Notes: generated by a model not told the origin, from the letters alone. Shown: positions 26,548-38,238, numbered from the stretch's first letter. The stretch: 64,000 nt of DNA from Cladosporium halotolerans (GCF_011745625.1 NW_027191460.1:558001-622000), one strand, 5' to 3'. A program made the numbers and translations.

Positions 26548-27378
26548 TCATGTGTTCAACAGTGCGCGTCGGAGCATTCTGAGTCCCAACGTAGAGCCAG
26601 GTAAGTGCTTGTCAACGGCTTGATCAAACCACGGTCTCTGCTCATCCATGGAAACTGGTGCCAGAACCTCGCTGTCTGCGTATGAGCGAGACGTCGCTGC
26701 TGCTGACCGATGCCAGCCGCTGTTGCTTGTTAGTAACCTTGATACGCAAGTGATTGGATCCATGGCTATTACGCACCTGAAGGAAATGGGTTGCCTCGCC
26801 ATGTCCATTGATCGTGCATCGCCCGCAATGCAAGACACGTTGGGGCTAACGAAGCATGCAGTGTCCACCACACCCAAGATGCCCTCCTGGGCGAGCACTT
26901 GCTTAATGGGTTCGACAGACGCAACGATCCTCGAAAAAATTTGTCCCGTCGACTGAGTAGTTTGAGGAGGACAGACAATGTGTAGGATCCTGTCGTCTCG
27001 CCGGCGACAAGCTCTCCAAGGTAATACGCCAAGACGCTTCGCGGAACGATGTATCATGACTCTAGCAGTTTGCTGAGAGCATACTGCGCACTCAAGATGA
27101 CGAGCGTCTCCGAAGGTGCAGTCAATTTGCCGCGAACTGAGAAGTGATTTGAGGTCGTGGCGTGAGGTGGGCGCAGAGTTTCCTCTTCAAGGTATTCCTT
27201 CAACGGTATGTAGGCCCTCTCGGGAATCAGTGTGGCTTACAGTAAGAATTCTATCGTCTCATCGATTTCATTGATCCGCATCCCTGAAGACCTGGGATGT
27301 GCGGTGAAGATCTCGACCTGCTTCGACCGGAAGGAATCTTTGGCCAGCGAAGGTGAAGACGATGTGCTGTGCCGCCAT
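26548..27378 (-). pseudogene. Decayed stand-alone malonyl-CoA/PKS-type acyltransferase (FabD/AT-domain-like)
   Basis: Hand translation from ATG 27378: MAAQHIVFTFAGQ...GRDLHRTSQVFRDA [frameshift ~27277] INEIDETIEFLL*(27239)...LSAQYALSKLLES*(27056)YIVPRSVLAYYLGELVAG...LLKLLSRR [frameshift ~26930] IVASVEPIKQVL...VDTACFVSPNVSCIAGD...SGWH. The motif order matches AT domains. The 3' boundary is approximate. Confidence 0.8.
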
Positions 27379-27858
27379 TACTAGGTGTATGAACGTACGA
27401 ATGTTCAAATGATGATGAAAGGCGGCCTCAGGTTCTGTTTCACTTACTATGGATTGTGACAAATTGATTACACGGTATGAAAGCTTTGATGCCATAGGTA
27501 GGGTCCTGCTTGAAGCCACACGGCAAGAAAACGATCTGTCAACGTAGAGACGATGTTCCGCCCGTCAACGTGCCGTAAGGACGATGGCCTCTGGACAAAG
27601 ATCGCTCCAGTGCCCCTGGCTGACCACGAAGATGTCGATTGGGACTCATTGTCATATGACGTTATTTAGTAGCGCATTGGACACGCGGGCTTTGGAAGGT
27701 GACATGTGAGCAGTCTTCATCCTGGGAGTCCGGTAAGGTGTGCTCATATTCATTCAAACCGTTACAGCTTCATGGGAGCGTGGCCATACCGGACGCCGAT
27801 ATTGTGTAAATTGACTCTCCCATTGTGACCCCAAAGGCACTCGTTTCCGTGCTACGAG

Positions 27859-30142
27859 ATGTGTGGCATCTCAGCTGTCATCTCATTGTCTCCAAAGGCG
27901 TTAGACCTTGCCGTCAGAGGCTTACGAGATGCGAGTGATTCGGCGGGTGCTGCATCCTCGCCGCTTGACAAAAGTCTCGACGCCATAGAGCATCGTGGCC
28001 CTGATGCACGCAAGACTTGGTCAAGCGAGGATGGCAGAATCGGTGCGGAATCGAGAAACCTTGAAGTGCTCCGGCAGTCTCACTGACAAATGACGGTAGC
28101 CTTAGGACATGTACGCCTCGCAATCAACGACTTGAGCCCTGACGGCGAGCAGCCGTTTCATTCTTCGAACGGCAATGTTCACGCTGTTGTCAATGGAGAG
28201 CTTTACGACGCGGACTTTATCCGGAACAATTGATCAAAGATGCTGGTGCCAAGTTCAAAGGGAAGAGTGACTGCGAAATCGTCATCGCACTCTACGAAAC
28301 TTACGGACTGTCTTTCCTTGAACACTTGCGCGGAGAATTTGCCATCTGCCTGTACGATTCGAGGCTGAAGGTGTTTATTGCTGCTCGTGACCGCTACGGA
28401 AAAAAGCCGTTGTACTTTACCCAAGTCAATGGCCAGTTGCTTGTGGCGGCAGAGATGAAGGCCTTTGAACCTCTCGGCTGGAAACCTGAGTGGGATGTGA
28501 ACAGCATGAAGGAGCGAGGATGGAGTCACGACCAGCGTACGATGTTCTCGGGAGTGAAGAAGGTTTGAACTACTCATCAAACGTTCCCTCCCTCGAACCG
28601 ATGCTAACATGCTTCTACTAGATTCGACCCGGTTGCTACTTTACTTGCGATGTCACGGGGAACCTGGATCATCAACCTCATTGGGATCTGAGTTATCCGG
28701 ACAAGGTCAGCATAACAATCACCAGCAAGGAAAACTGTGATTCATCTGACATCTGACTCAGCATATAATTGACACCCGCACGGAGGATGAGCTCATCATG
28801 GGCGTCCGAGAAAGATTGCTTGAAGCTGTTCGTGTGCGCCTAAGAGCCGATGTACCGGTTGGTGTGTTCCTCAGTGGAGGGATCGATTCCTCGATTGTCG
28901 CAGGCATGGTCAAACACTTGATGAAAGAGAAAGGTGAACAGTCCGGTAATGTGGAGCAATTGGAGAACATTCACTGCTACAGCATTGGCTTCGATGGAGG
29001 AGGTGGATTTGACGAATTCGGTCAGTATAATCGTTTCACCTTACATTGTATGCTACTTTCGAAACTACTTGTGCTGACCTTTGAATCATAGATATCGCCC
29101 GACGGTCAGCCGAGGCACTTGGTGTACAGTTCCACAAGACATCAGTCACTGAACAAGTCCTCGCAGACAATTTTGAGGCAGCTACATGGCACTGCGAGCA
29201 GGCTCTCCCTGATTTGAACTTCGTGGGCAAATACGTTCTTTCAGACGCCCCACGAGCTCATCGGGTCAAAGTTGTCTTGACGGGCGAAGGGGCCGACGAA
29301 CACTTCATTGGATATCCCGCATTCCTGCCTGACTTCCTCGCGGAAGCTGACAGCTCATGGCCGGGCAATAGCCTGCCCGAATCCGACCGAGAGGCTCTCT
29401 GGCGGGAGGCGAAAAAAGCATCTCAGCATATGTTTGCTGTCAAAGAAGCGAGCAAGGCCACAACTCTCGCAAGCCGCCAGGTCAACAACGTCACGACCCT
29501 CTTCACAATGGGAGCGAGCGCCAACCACATCTTCCGCCCCTGGACCAGCCAGTTCGGCGAATGCCACCATCAACAAGCCATCGCCAACAACGTCAACGGC
29601 ATTGCCCGCAGTCTGATGGCAAGCTCCTGGCACCCGGTGCACACCGCAGAGTACCTGTGGACGAAAGGCTACCTTGGCAACGCCATTCTCACATCTCTGG
29701 CCGACCGCGTAGAAATGGCTCATAGCCTCGAAGCCCGACCGCCGTTCCTGGACCATCACCTGACAGAATACGTGAACAAACTGCCGCCCGGTGTCAAAAT
29801 GCGCTACACCCGGAGACCCGCAAGTGCACTGAAAAGTGGGTCCTCCGCGAGGCGGGCAAGCCGTTCATCACGCAGGAGCTCTACGAGCGGAAGAAGCATC
29901 CTTTCTCCGCACCACCGTCGTGGCCGGCTGGTGGGCCGTTGCATAAGCTTATGGCGAGGCTGGTGAGCCGTGAGAACATTGAGCAACTGGGGTATATTGA
30001 GTGGAGTGTGGTCAAGGATGAGGTCCGGAAGGCTTTCGAGGAGAGGGATGCTTCGAGCTTTCGGATGACTATCCTGCTCGCGCAGTACGTTGTACTGGGG
30101 CAGAAGTTTAGAGTGAAGCAAGCGACTCCTGTAGAGCAATGA
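27859..30142 (+). pseudogene. Asparagine-synthetase-like (AsnB, class II glutamine amidotransferase) gene with two single-base frameshifts; pseudogene or assembly error
   Basis: MCGIS N-terminal Cys, HRGPD, LGHVRLAINDL, VNGELYD, ARDRYGKKPLY, FLSGGIDSS, VLTGEGADE, DRVEMAHSLEARPPFLDH, four introns. Frame breaks at ~28224 (in-frame TGA 28231-28233) and ~29808. Confidence 0.88.
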
Positions 30143-30441
30143 AGTTATGGGATGGACTACGAATGGAGAGTCTGATACATTGATTGCACCAGATCAAAGA
30201 CACGAACGCGATGCGATGCGACGTGACCTTCGTGGAGCCGATCTCAACGCATACGATTAAGGGTTACTGATAAAATAGGTTAAGGGTCCCTCTGCATGGA
30301 ATTTCCACGACAGAGCTGGCATACCGATGTCGCTTCGAACGTCGATGATGTTATCCAACAGTCTGTCTGCCATAAGAAAAGCATCAGAAATATCGATCGA
30401 ACTTGGATCCAGCCCGGAAGCTGACGTGCTCCGTGCTAAAT

Positions 30442-31830
30442 CTACAAGCAACCAGAGCTCTTCTTCGCGCCAGGAAACTTGTTCTGCAGCGCATCCCACA
30501 GCGGCTCGCCGCCCATAGTCAAGTCGTCCCAAACCGGGCAGTCCAAGCTCAGCAGGGGGATCTTGACGATCTGTTGAATGAGATCAAGCGGCGCCTCAAG
30601 GGTCTTGTAGATGTTGCTCAGGTAGTTGGGCGAAGCCATCTTGACGACTTGCATCACGAAGCAAAGGAGGTTGTTTCCCTCAAGCAGCTGGCCAGCGTTG
30701 ATGACACCGCCGAGGATGTCGTCGAGATCGACGCCGGTGAACGAGTTGACGCTGCCGACGTTGCCGCCGATGCTGCCGAGCTCAGGGTACTGTGCGATCA
30801 TGGCTAGGGTGTCGACGTTGAGCTGCACGAGTCCATAGTCAACGGGGGTGTGGTACCAGTTCTCGGGGATCTGTTCGTGGCCGGGTCTGTATTCTAGGCC
30901 GCCGTCGGTGGTGTTGTAGACGCCGAAGAAGGATTGCAGGACATTGTGAGCTGTTTTGAGAAGGTCAGTATGGGTCACTCGCTGATGAGACATTAGGATT
31001 GGCTTACTCAATTTGCCTTCGGTATTATCGCCGCTGGTGTGGTTCGCCATCAAGCGACCGATAAAGAAAAAGCCGGCGTTGCGAGCGATCATGCCAGTGA
31101 AAGGACCGTAGTAGAAGTAAGGGTTGGTTTCGACGGACTCATGCCAGCGGTCGGCAGACCACTTGGCCAACACATCAAATGAGAAGTCTTCCTCGGCAGG
31201 GACAGTGTTGTACAGCTGTTCGAAGCGCGTCATGTTCATCGTCCATGCGTCGCCGGTCGCGTATAAATCGTTGCGAGTCGGGGAGGCATCAGCTTCAAGG
31301 AAGTTATGCGAGTGATCGATGCCTTGAGGCGTTCCAAGGACGCCCTGAAGGTTATCCAGAGCGTTCCAAACGGCAGTGGAGTTGCCGCCAATAGAGAAAG
31401 AGGGATCAAGAGAGATCGGGTTACCAGTCCAGACGACGCCCATGATGGCCAGGACGAGGGCAAGCTCAATGCCCATGTTGAACACCTGGTGCATGGCTGC
31501 TACAGACTCGATCAAACCAACGTGGCCGCTACGGTGGATGTACCCGTGGTTTGCCATGGCATTGAGACCTGGGCAAGGCCCACGTAGGTCCTCCGACGTG
31601 GGAGGCTGGAAGGCATGCTTGCCACTGACATCGACGGCCTTGTTCTCAAACGGATCGAGAGCTTCAAGAACGCCTTCGAGATCGTGTTCAATCGTCTGGA
31701 GAAGTCCAGAAGTCAGATCAAGGAGGCCGCTGAGAAGGCCGCGTTTCTCGATCTCCTGAAGATGATGCGCTGGGAATGCCAGAGAGCCAGCAACGCAGCT
31801 AGCGGCCAATAGGAACCTTTGAAAATGCAT
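30442..31830 (-). CDS. Secreted heme-thiolate peroxidase / unspecific peroxygenase (chloroperoxidase family)
   Basis: Signal peptide and KR pro-site; proximal Cys motif DLRGPCPGLNAMANHG; distal HNFLEADASPTR; in-frame intron 31007-30951. Confidence 0.94.
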   Translation of the reverse strand: MHFQRFLLAASCVAGSLAFPAHHLQEIEKRGLLSGLLDLTSGLLQTIEHDLEGVLEALDPFENKAVDVSGKHAFQPPTSEDLRGPCPGLNAMANHGYIHRSGHVGLIESVAAMHQVFNMGIELALVLAIMGVVWTGNPISLDPSFSIGGNSTAVWNALDNLQGVLGTPQGIDHSHNFLEADASPTRNDLYATGDAWTMNMTRFEQLYNTVPAEEDFSFDVLAKWSADRWHESVETNPYFYYGPFTGMIARNAGFFFIGRLMANHTSGDNTEGKLSKPILMSHQRVTHTDLLKTAHNVLQSFFGVYNTTDGGLEYRPGHEQIPENWYHTPVDYGLVQLNVDTLAMIAQYPELGSIGGNVGSVNSFTGVDLDDILGGVINAGQLLEGNNLLCFVMQVVKMASPNYLSNIYKTLEAPLDLIQQIVKIPLLSLDCPVWDDLTMGGEPLWDALQNKFPGAKKSSGCL

Positions 31831-32712
31831 GGGTGGAACGAGTGACTATGGGTAAGGTGGTAAGCAACAAGGGAAAGCGAGTGATGGGACGAAGATACGG
31901 TCGGTGGCCGTCACAAACAGTTTCTACGACCGACGAGCGTGGTTCTCCACGGCGTCGTAATGCGGACATTACCTGCTCGCTTCTGGAAGTGAGCCTCCGC
32001 ACACATGAATCAGCAACAGTGCACTTCATGATTTCGCTGGTCGTGATAGCGTCCGTTGGGTTGTGTTTTCAGGAGCTCACGGCCCGGCGATGGTGCACAC
32101 CTGGTTGACCGTTTGGGGCCCGTCAAGTGTGAAGGTAGGTCGAACTAAAGAACTAACCCATGCACGCCGCTAGGTAGCCTTCGTGAAACCCCTGCGTCTT
32201 TAATGCAGACCAGAACCAGGATGATGCTGACGCAGCACCCGCATCCTTCGGGCGTCTTCACGCTTTGAGAGGGCCGTGCGTGACACCCCGGCCTGTCAAG
32301 CTGATCGCTGCCTTTCGTGGTGTCTTCCATCGCAATGACCATCCTCCCTCACGGCTCAACCTGCACTGCACCATTCCGATGCCCTTGTTATTTCTAATTG
32401 CCTCCCTGTCTAGCGGCCTCGTTATGTCAGTGCCGGTGGACTTCCAGTCTGTCGCATGGCGCGCACAGACAAGCCTGAGCTAAGCAACGGAGTACCAGGT
32501 CCGCACAAGCTATCTGAGCATAGACAGGATCAAGGATGAAACGCTATGCATGTAATGTACAAGAAAGGCTTTCTGGGAGATGCGTCGAGATCTGGATTTA
32601 ACTCCTCATTCGCACTTGGCAAGTCGTGTTCGTTCTCTGTGGTTGAGTGATAAATGGTTCTTTCCAGCACCACAAGTCCTCAACACATGTCCGACGGCGC
32701 CTAAGTGAAAGG

Positions 32713-34264
32713 ATGAGATTCTTTACGCAATTACAGGCGGGCCTTGTGCTGGCAGGTGTTGCACAAATGACCCTTGGGCAGACCGCGAGTCAATCGGACG
32801 TTGATGCAACGACAAACGCAACGGCCGTGGAAGCCGCACAGGAGGCAGCGAAGGCGGCCGCTGCATTGTTGGCAAGCATGCCCGAATGTGGTGTGAGTAT
32901 ACGAAGGGGGTCTATCCAAAACCATGCTGATGGTCTACTATACAGAGAACCTGCCTCGTCTCAGGCATTGCGGCTTCGCCCTGCGACTTGACCGATATTG
33001 CGTGCAGCTGCAGCAACGCTACGATTACTCAGCAAGTTGAGCTGTGCGTTACAGAGAGCTGTGTCGTCAAAGAACAACTCAGTAAGCCTCAAAAATCATC
33101 TATGTCTTATCCCGTCGACTAGTCTGACCCGCCTTCAGGCTCAAAGAACGCAACAAGCACACTCTGCTCCCTGCCGGTTCGTGATGAAAGTCATATTGTC
33201 TCTTGGGCTGGAGTCATTGGTGGCATCCTGGCAGTCATTGCGTACACCATGCGTATGATTTCACGACTACCTCGCTTCGGTGGACAACTTGGCTGGGACG
33301 ACCTCGCCATCACGATCGCAATCCTGGAGATCATTCCGTTAACTGTTTTCTCGGTCTTACTGGCGAATCTGGGACTCGGCAAGGACATCTGGACGGTTCC
33401 TTTCGAAAATATCACGATGATCCTGAAGATCTACTACTTCGACGAGGACCTCTACCTGACTGCGTTGCCGCTCGTTAAAATTTCCATACTTCTTTTCTAT
33501 CTTCGCATCTTCCCGCAGGACTGGTTCCGATACTCTTGCTTTGCTACAATGGCTGCTTGCGCGGGCTATGGCATAGCGTTCTTGCTGGTTTCGGTGTTTC
33601 AGTGCATTCCCATCAATTACGCATGGCTAAACTGGGACGGCGAACACACTGGAACCTGTAACGACATCAATGCGCAAGGATGGACCTCTGCCGCGTTTAA
33701 TGTCATCCTGGACGTCATCGTGTTGGCTCTTCCCATGCCAGTCATCACTAAGCTGGAACTCAACAAGCGCAAGAAGTTCTTCATCTTGGTCATGTTCTCC
33801 GTCGGCTTCGTCGTCACAGTCGTCAGTATCCTGCGATTGCAGGTTCTCGTCCAATTCGGTGGTACCACCAACTTCACTTGTATGTATCATACCTCACCTC
33901 CTCTCCGATGTTGATGCCTACTAACACAACGACAGGGCACTATAGATCTGTCGGATACTGGAGTACCTCAGAAATCAACCTAGCAGTCATCTGTGCCTGT
34001 ATGCCCGGTGTCCGCGCTATGATTGCCTGGGTCTTACCCAGAGTCATGGGTGACACGACGGCCGCAAAATCAACCGCAAAATCCGGATTCGGTAGCAGTT
34101 ATGATGCTTCTGCGAGCGGCCCATCGATTGTGAAAAGGTCCCGACCGTCGCGAGATCTATTTGACAAATCGGACAAGGACTTTATTCCGTTGGTTGAGGT
34201 TACAGACACCAATGGCAAGGAGGGCCCGTCGAAGAGCAAAGATCGATGGTCTATGGAGGCTTGA
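32713..34264 (+). CDS. CFEM-domain Pth11-like seven-TM receptor
   Basis: Signal peptide; spliced 8-Cys CFEM (MPECGRTC...SPCDLTDIACSCSN...LCVTESC...TLC); Pth11 TM motifs GWDD, KISILLFYLRIF, QCIPI, DVIVLALPMP, WSTSEINLAVICACMP. Introns 32893-32945, 33082-33138, 33880-33935. Confidence 0.93.
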
Positions 34265-36009
34265 AGGTCCGTGGGCGAAGGGTCCAGGCGTTTGTCTCGA
34301 CAAATCGTTCTTGTGCAGGAACAATGCCTCATGAGTTGGTCTGGGGGTTTTCGACCATGTTTTTTTATTATCGTTCGCATATACCCTCGTTTGATAGGAA
34401 CTTCCATTCTGTGAATTCAACCATTCCAGCCACAACCATCTGACTTCGCTCTCGTCCTTCCAAGTTGGCAGCACACCTCATCTTCGATTCGGCCTACATT
34501 ACTCAGCGCAGCATTGACATGAGGCAAGTTCAAAGCAGGGTCATTATTCTGCCAGCCGTTTCACGCTAAGCAAACAAGCGTGACGTTGTCATGGATCGGT
34601 GCACCCGCCGAGGCTCCGAAGCGTTGCACAAGCTTTGCGCGTCTCCGCAGCGCGAACGTTCTCCACGACCTGAACAACGTTCGTAACGCATAACGGGGTC
34701 CCTTATCATGATGCCATCTTTGAAACGCTTCACACATGCAACGCTACACCCAGTATGCGTGAGACGTTGAGCCTCTGGTGTGACCAAAATGCTATCTGGA
34801 AGCACACATTAGCAGCGGCACGTGCAGCAATCCCAGTAAGTACGCGTCTTCGACGCATCTCACGGTTGCTCGAGCGAACGAGCGGTGAGCGCGATCGCAG
34901 GCTTGTGTCGAGCGCATGCAGGCAAATACCGAGAAACATCCATCGTGTCTTCCTCCGTCCCCTGACTCTAAGTGAAATACACGTGGTTCGTCCACAATAG
35001 CGCAGGAACGGTTCCTCCCTCCAAGCCACCACCACCTGCAGCAATTTGCAGGGGAGCAAACTAACCCGAACCTGCGCCGATGACGAGGAACCTCCTTGTT
35101 TAGCCGCTCGCTACCTCGTAGAACGATTTATGACGACCAGGTGTCTCCACGAGATCCCGGTCAACGGCCTGTCAACGCACTGACCTTTCCCTGGCAGCGT
35201 TTGCACAAGTCATGTCGACAGGGATCTAGAATGACATCGGAACCACTGTCCCGACTTTCGCATCCGATTCAACCCAGATCCTGACCGATCTGTTTTTGCC
35301 TACGCGGTCGACCATCATGTCGCAAGGAAGTTCCGTGCTGTCATTGCGTAAAGCCAGGCTACCGCCACCGAGATTGCTCTCAGCACCTTGATCTTCACCC
35401 CTGCAGCACCTTATATTGTCCGACGAACTGTGCGTTGATACTTCGACCACCACGCGGCTGATCGCCGTCTTCACATACGGATATTACCGTCCTACCAGGG
35501 CATGCCTGAAACCATTGAAGTAAACCAAGCCCTAGCAGTTTCGGCACCTTGCTCCCCATTGCTAGGCTGGGCTTAGTCAGTTTAGTACGGGCTGTCTAGT
35601 GCTTGAATAAGATGCCCACCTCGAGTCACAAGGCTCTTATCCTGACTCAAGCCATCGAAGCTGCGGCTATGCTTGCTAGTCGATCTGAGCCACCTGTCAC
35701 AGCACGCCAGAGCGGAGGCCTAGGTACGACAGCGGTATGTCGTTTCTCCGGTCTCCCACTTGCTCTGGCTTCGACAGCCGGGCTTACGGTGCCGGTCTGG
35801 TTGGTGATTGCACAAGCGAGCTCCCGATCGACAGTGCTAATCATTCTCCTCGAAAGGAGGCCAAACCAGAGGATTCCGTCTACCCATTCGCTCTCTTCAG
35901 GCTTTCTGTTAAAGGCCGTTCAACGGCTGCAACGTCCTTCTCTCAGCCCAGCCATTCCCTCCTTGGCGTGCCACTCTTTTGACCCCATCTTTCCTTCTTT
36001 TCCATTACG

Positions 36010-38238
36010 ATGTTGCTCAGCAAGTCTGGCGCCCTGCTTGGCGTTGTGGCGCTTGCCACGGCGTCTGTGATGTAAGTGCCTGTTACATTCTCCAACGCCA
36101 CGTTGTTGTACGCTAAGCCTTGCAGGACCAATGATCCTACCGAGGACTTCAACCAAGCTCACATCCGCCGTGACACAGACGGGGAGACAATTCAGTACGG
36201 ATACGATAGCAGCGTCGATTACGACTATGTTGTCGTCGGCTCTGGTCCAGGGTACGATGAGCCCTAGCATGGTTTCAAACATACTCACAACGCTGACAAC
36301 GATCTAGTGGAGGTCCCCTCGCATCTCGCCTTGCTCTTGCTGGTCACAAGGTCCTTTTGATCGATGCAGGAGGTGATGCCGGAAACGACATCACTCCCCA
36401 AGTTCCCGCCATGATGCTGCAGAGCACCGAATACGAGCCGCAGCAGTGGGATTACTTCGTTCACCACTACAGCGATCTCGAACGTCAGAAGAGGGACTCC
36501 AAGATGACCTACCGCAAGGACGATGGCGAGCTTTACGTTGGTAAATCGCCTCCGGACAACGCCGAGCCTCTCGGTGTCTGGTATCCTCGTGCTGGAACCC
36601 TCGGTGGCTGCTCGACGCACAACGCCATGATCACTGTTTACCCGTTCGACGACGACTGGAAATACATTCAGCAAATGACTGGCGATGATTCCTGGGCTCC
36701 CCGTAAGATGCGCGACTACTTCAAGAAAATGGAGAAGTGCGAGTACCTGCCGAGCACCATCATCGGCCATGGTTTCGGTGGATGGTTGAAGACTTCGCTC
36801 ACCAGTCTTTCCCTGGTTGTCGAGGATCAGAAGCTGCTTTCGCTCATCCTGTCAGCTGCCAGCGCTGCGGGCAAGGTCAGTATTCATCTCAATTACACCA
36901 CTCATCAGCCGAAGCTAATTGATCATACAGGGCTTTCTCTCCGAGCTGCTTCATACCGTCACCGGGCTTGCTAAGGTCCTGACCAAGGATCTCAACTCTG
37001 GTTTCTCTTGGCGCGACAAGACCGAGGCGCTCTACCAGGTGCCCATCGCCGTCGACGCCAAAACCCTCAAGCGTAACGGTCCCCGTGACTTCATCCTATC
37101 GGTCGCCAACGCAGAGTCTGGCGACGGCAAGCGCAAGTACCACCTCGACGTTGCCCTCAACACCCTTGTGACCAAGATCAACTTCGACACCTCCAACGAT
37201 ACTCCTCGCGCCACCGGCGTCAACTTCCTCCAAGGCCAAAGCCTCTACGCAGCCGATCCCCGCTACAAGGCCGCCTCTGGCTCCACCGGCTCTGTCGACG
37301 CCAAGAAGGAAGTCATCATCTCCGGCGGCACCTTCGAGACGCCCAAGCTCCTCAAGCTCAGCGGCGTCGGACCCAAAGACGAGCTCGACTCTTTCGGCAT
37401 CGACGTCGTCAAGGACCTCCCCGGCGTCGGTACAAACCTGCAGGACCGCTACGAAGTCGGCATCATCGGCGAAGCCCCGACGGACTTCTTCATCACCAAG
37501 GACTGCACCTTCGGCTACTCCACCCCCGACCCCTGCCTGGAGAAGTGGCAAAACGGCCTCACCGTGCTCGGCAAGGGCACCTACGCGACAAACGGCATCG
37601 CCATCGCCGCCATCCAGAAGTCCTCCACCGCCGGCCAGGCCGAGTTCTCGGACGACCCGGACCTCTTCATCTCCGGCGCGCCCGCCAACTTCAAAGGCTA
37701 CTTCCCAGGCTACTCCTACGACGCGCTCAAAGACGCCCGCCACTGGGTCTGGATCATCCTCAAGGCGCGCGCCCGCAACGACGCCGGCACCGTGACCCTC
37801 TCCGGCACGAACCCTCAGGAGCGCCCCAACATCACGATGCGGTCCTTCGACACGGGCACGACGGCCGACGGCGCCGACGACAAAGACCTGCAAGCCGTCT
37901 ACGAAGCCACGCAGTTCGCGCGCCGCGCCTTCGACGCCCTGATCCCGCTCGACGGCTCTTTCACCGAGACGTGGCCGGGCAAGAACGTCAGCTCCGAAGC
38001 GGACATGAAGCAGTTCATCAAAGACGAGGCGTGGGGCCACCACGCTTCGTGCACGTGTCCGATCGGGTCTGACGACGACCCCATGGCTGTGCTGGATTCG
38101 AACTTCAAGGTGCGCGGCGTGGATGGCTTGAGGGTTGTCGATGCGAGTGTCTTCCCGAAGATCCCCGGGTACTATATCGCGGCGGCGATTTATATGGTGA
38201 GTGAGAAGGCGGCGGATGTGATCATCAATGGGTCTTAG
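36010..38238 (+). CDS. Secreted GMC (glucose-methanol-choline) oxidoreductase
   Basis: Signal peptide; YDYVVVGSGPGGG; YPRAGTLGGCSTHNAM; LLKLSGVGP; PGVGTNLQDR; WGHHASCTC; LRVVDASVFP. Introns 36072-36125, 36252-36307, 36876-36930. Confidence 0.94.

Noticed and set aside
27180..27240. GTAAGC at 27240 as an intron donor in the AT pseudogene
   Set aside because: The frame continues unchanged past the TAA into the next AT motifs and I see no clear branch point/acceptor, so a nonsense mutation is simpler. An intron is not fully excluded.
28215..29815. Programmed -1 ribosomal frameshifting in the AsnB-like gene
   Set aside because: Neither site has an X XXY YYZ slippery heptamer; simple deletions or assembly errors are more parsimonious.
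34300..36000. Transposon or RIP-degraded relic in the long spacer before the GMC gene
   Set aside because: No terminal repeats, transposase/RT motifs or strongly AT-rich RIP block seen; treated as ordinary promoter DNA.
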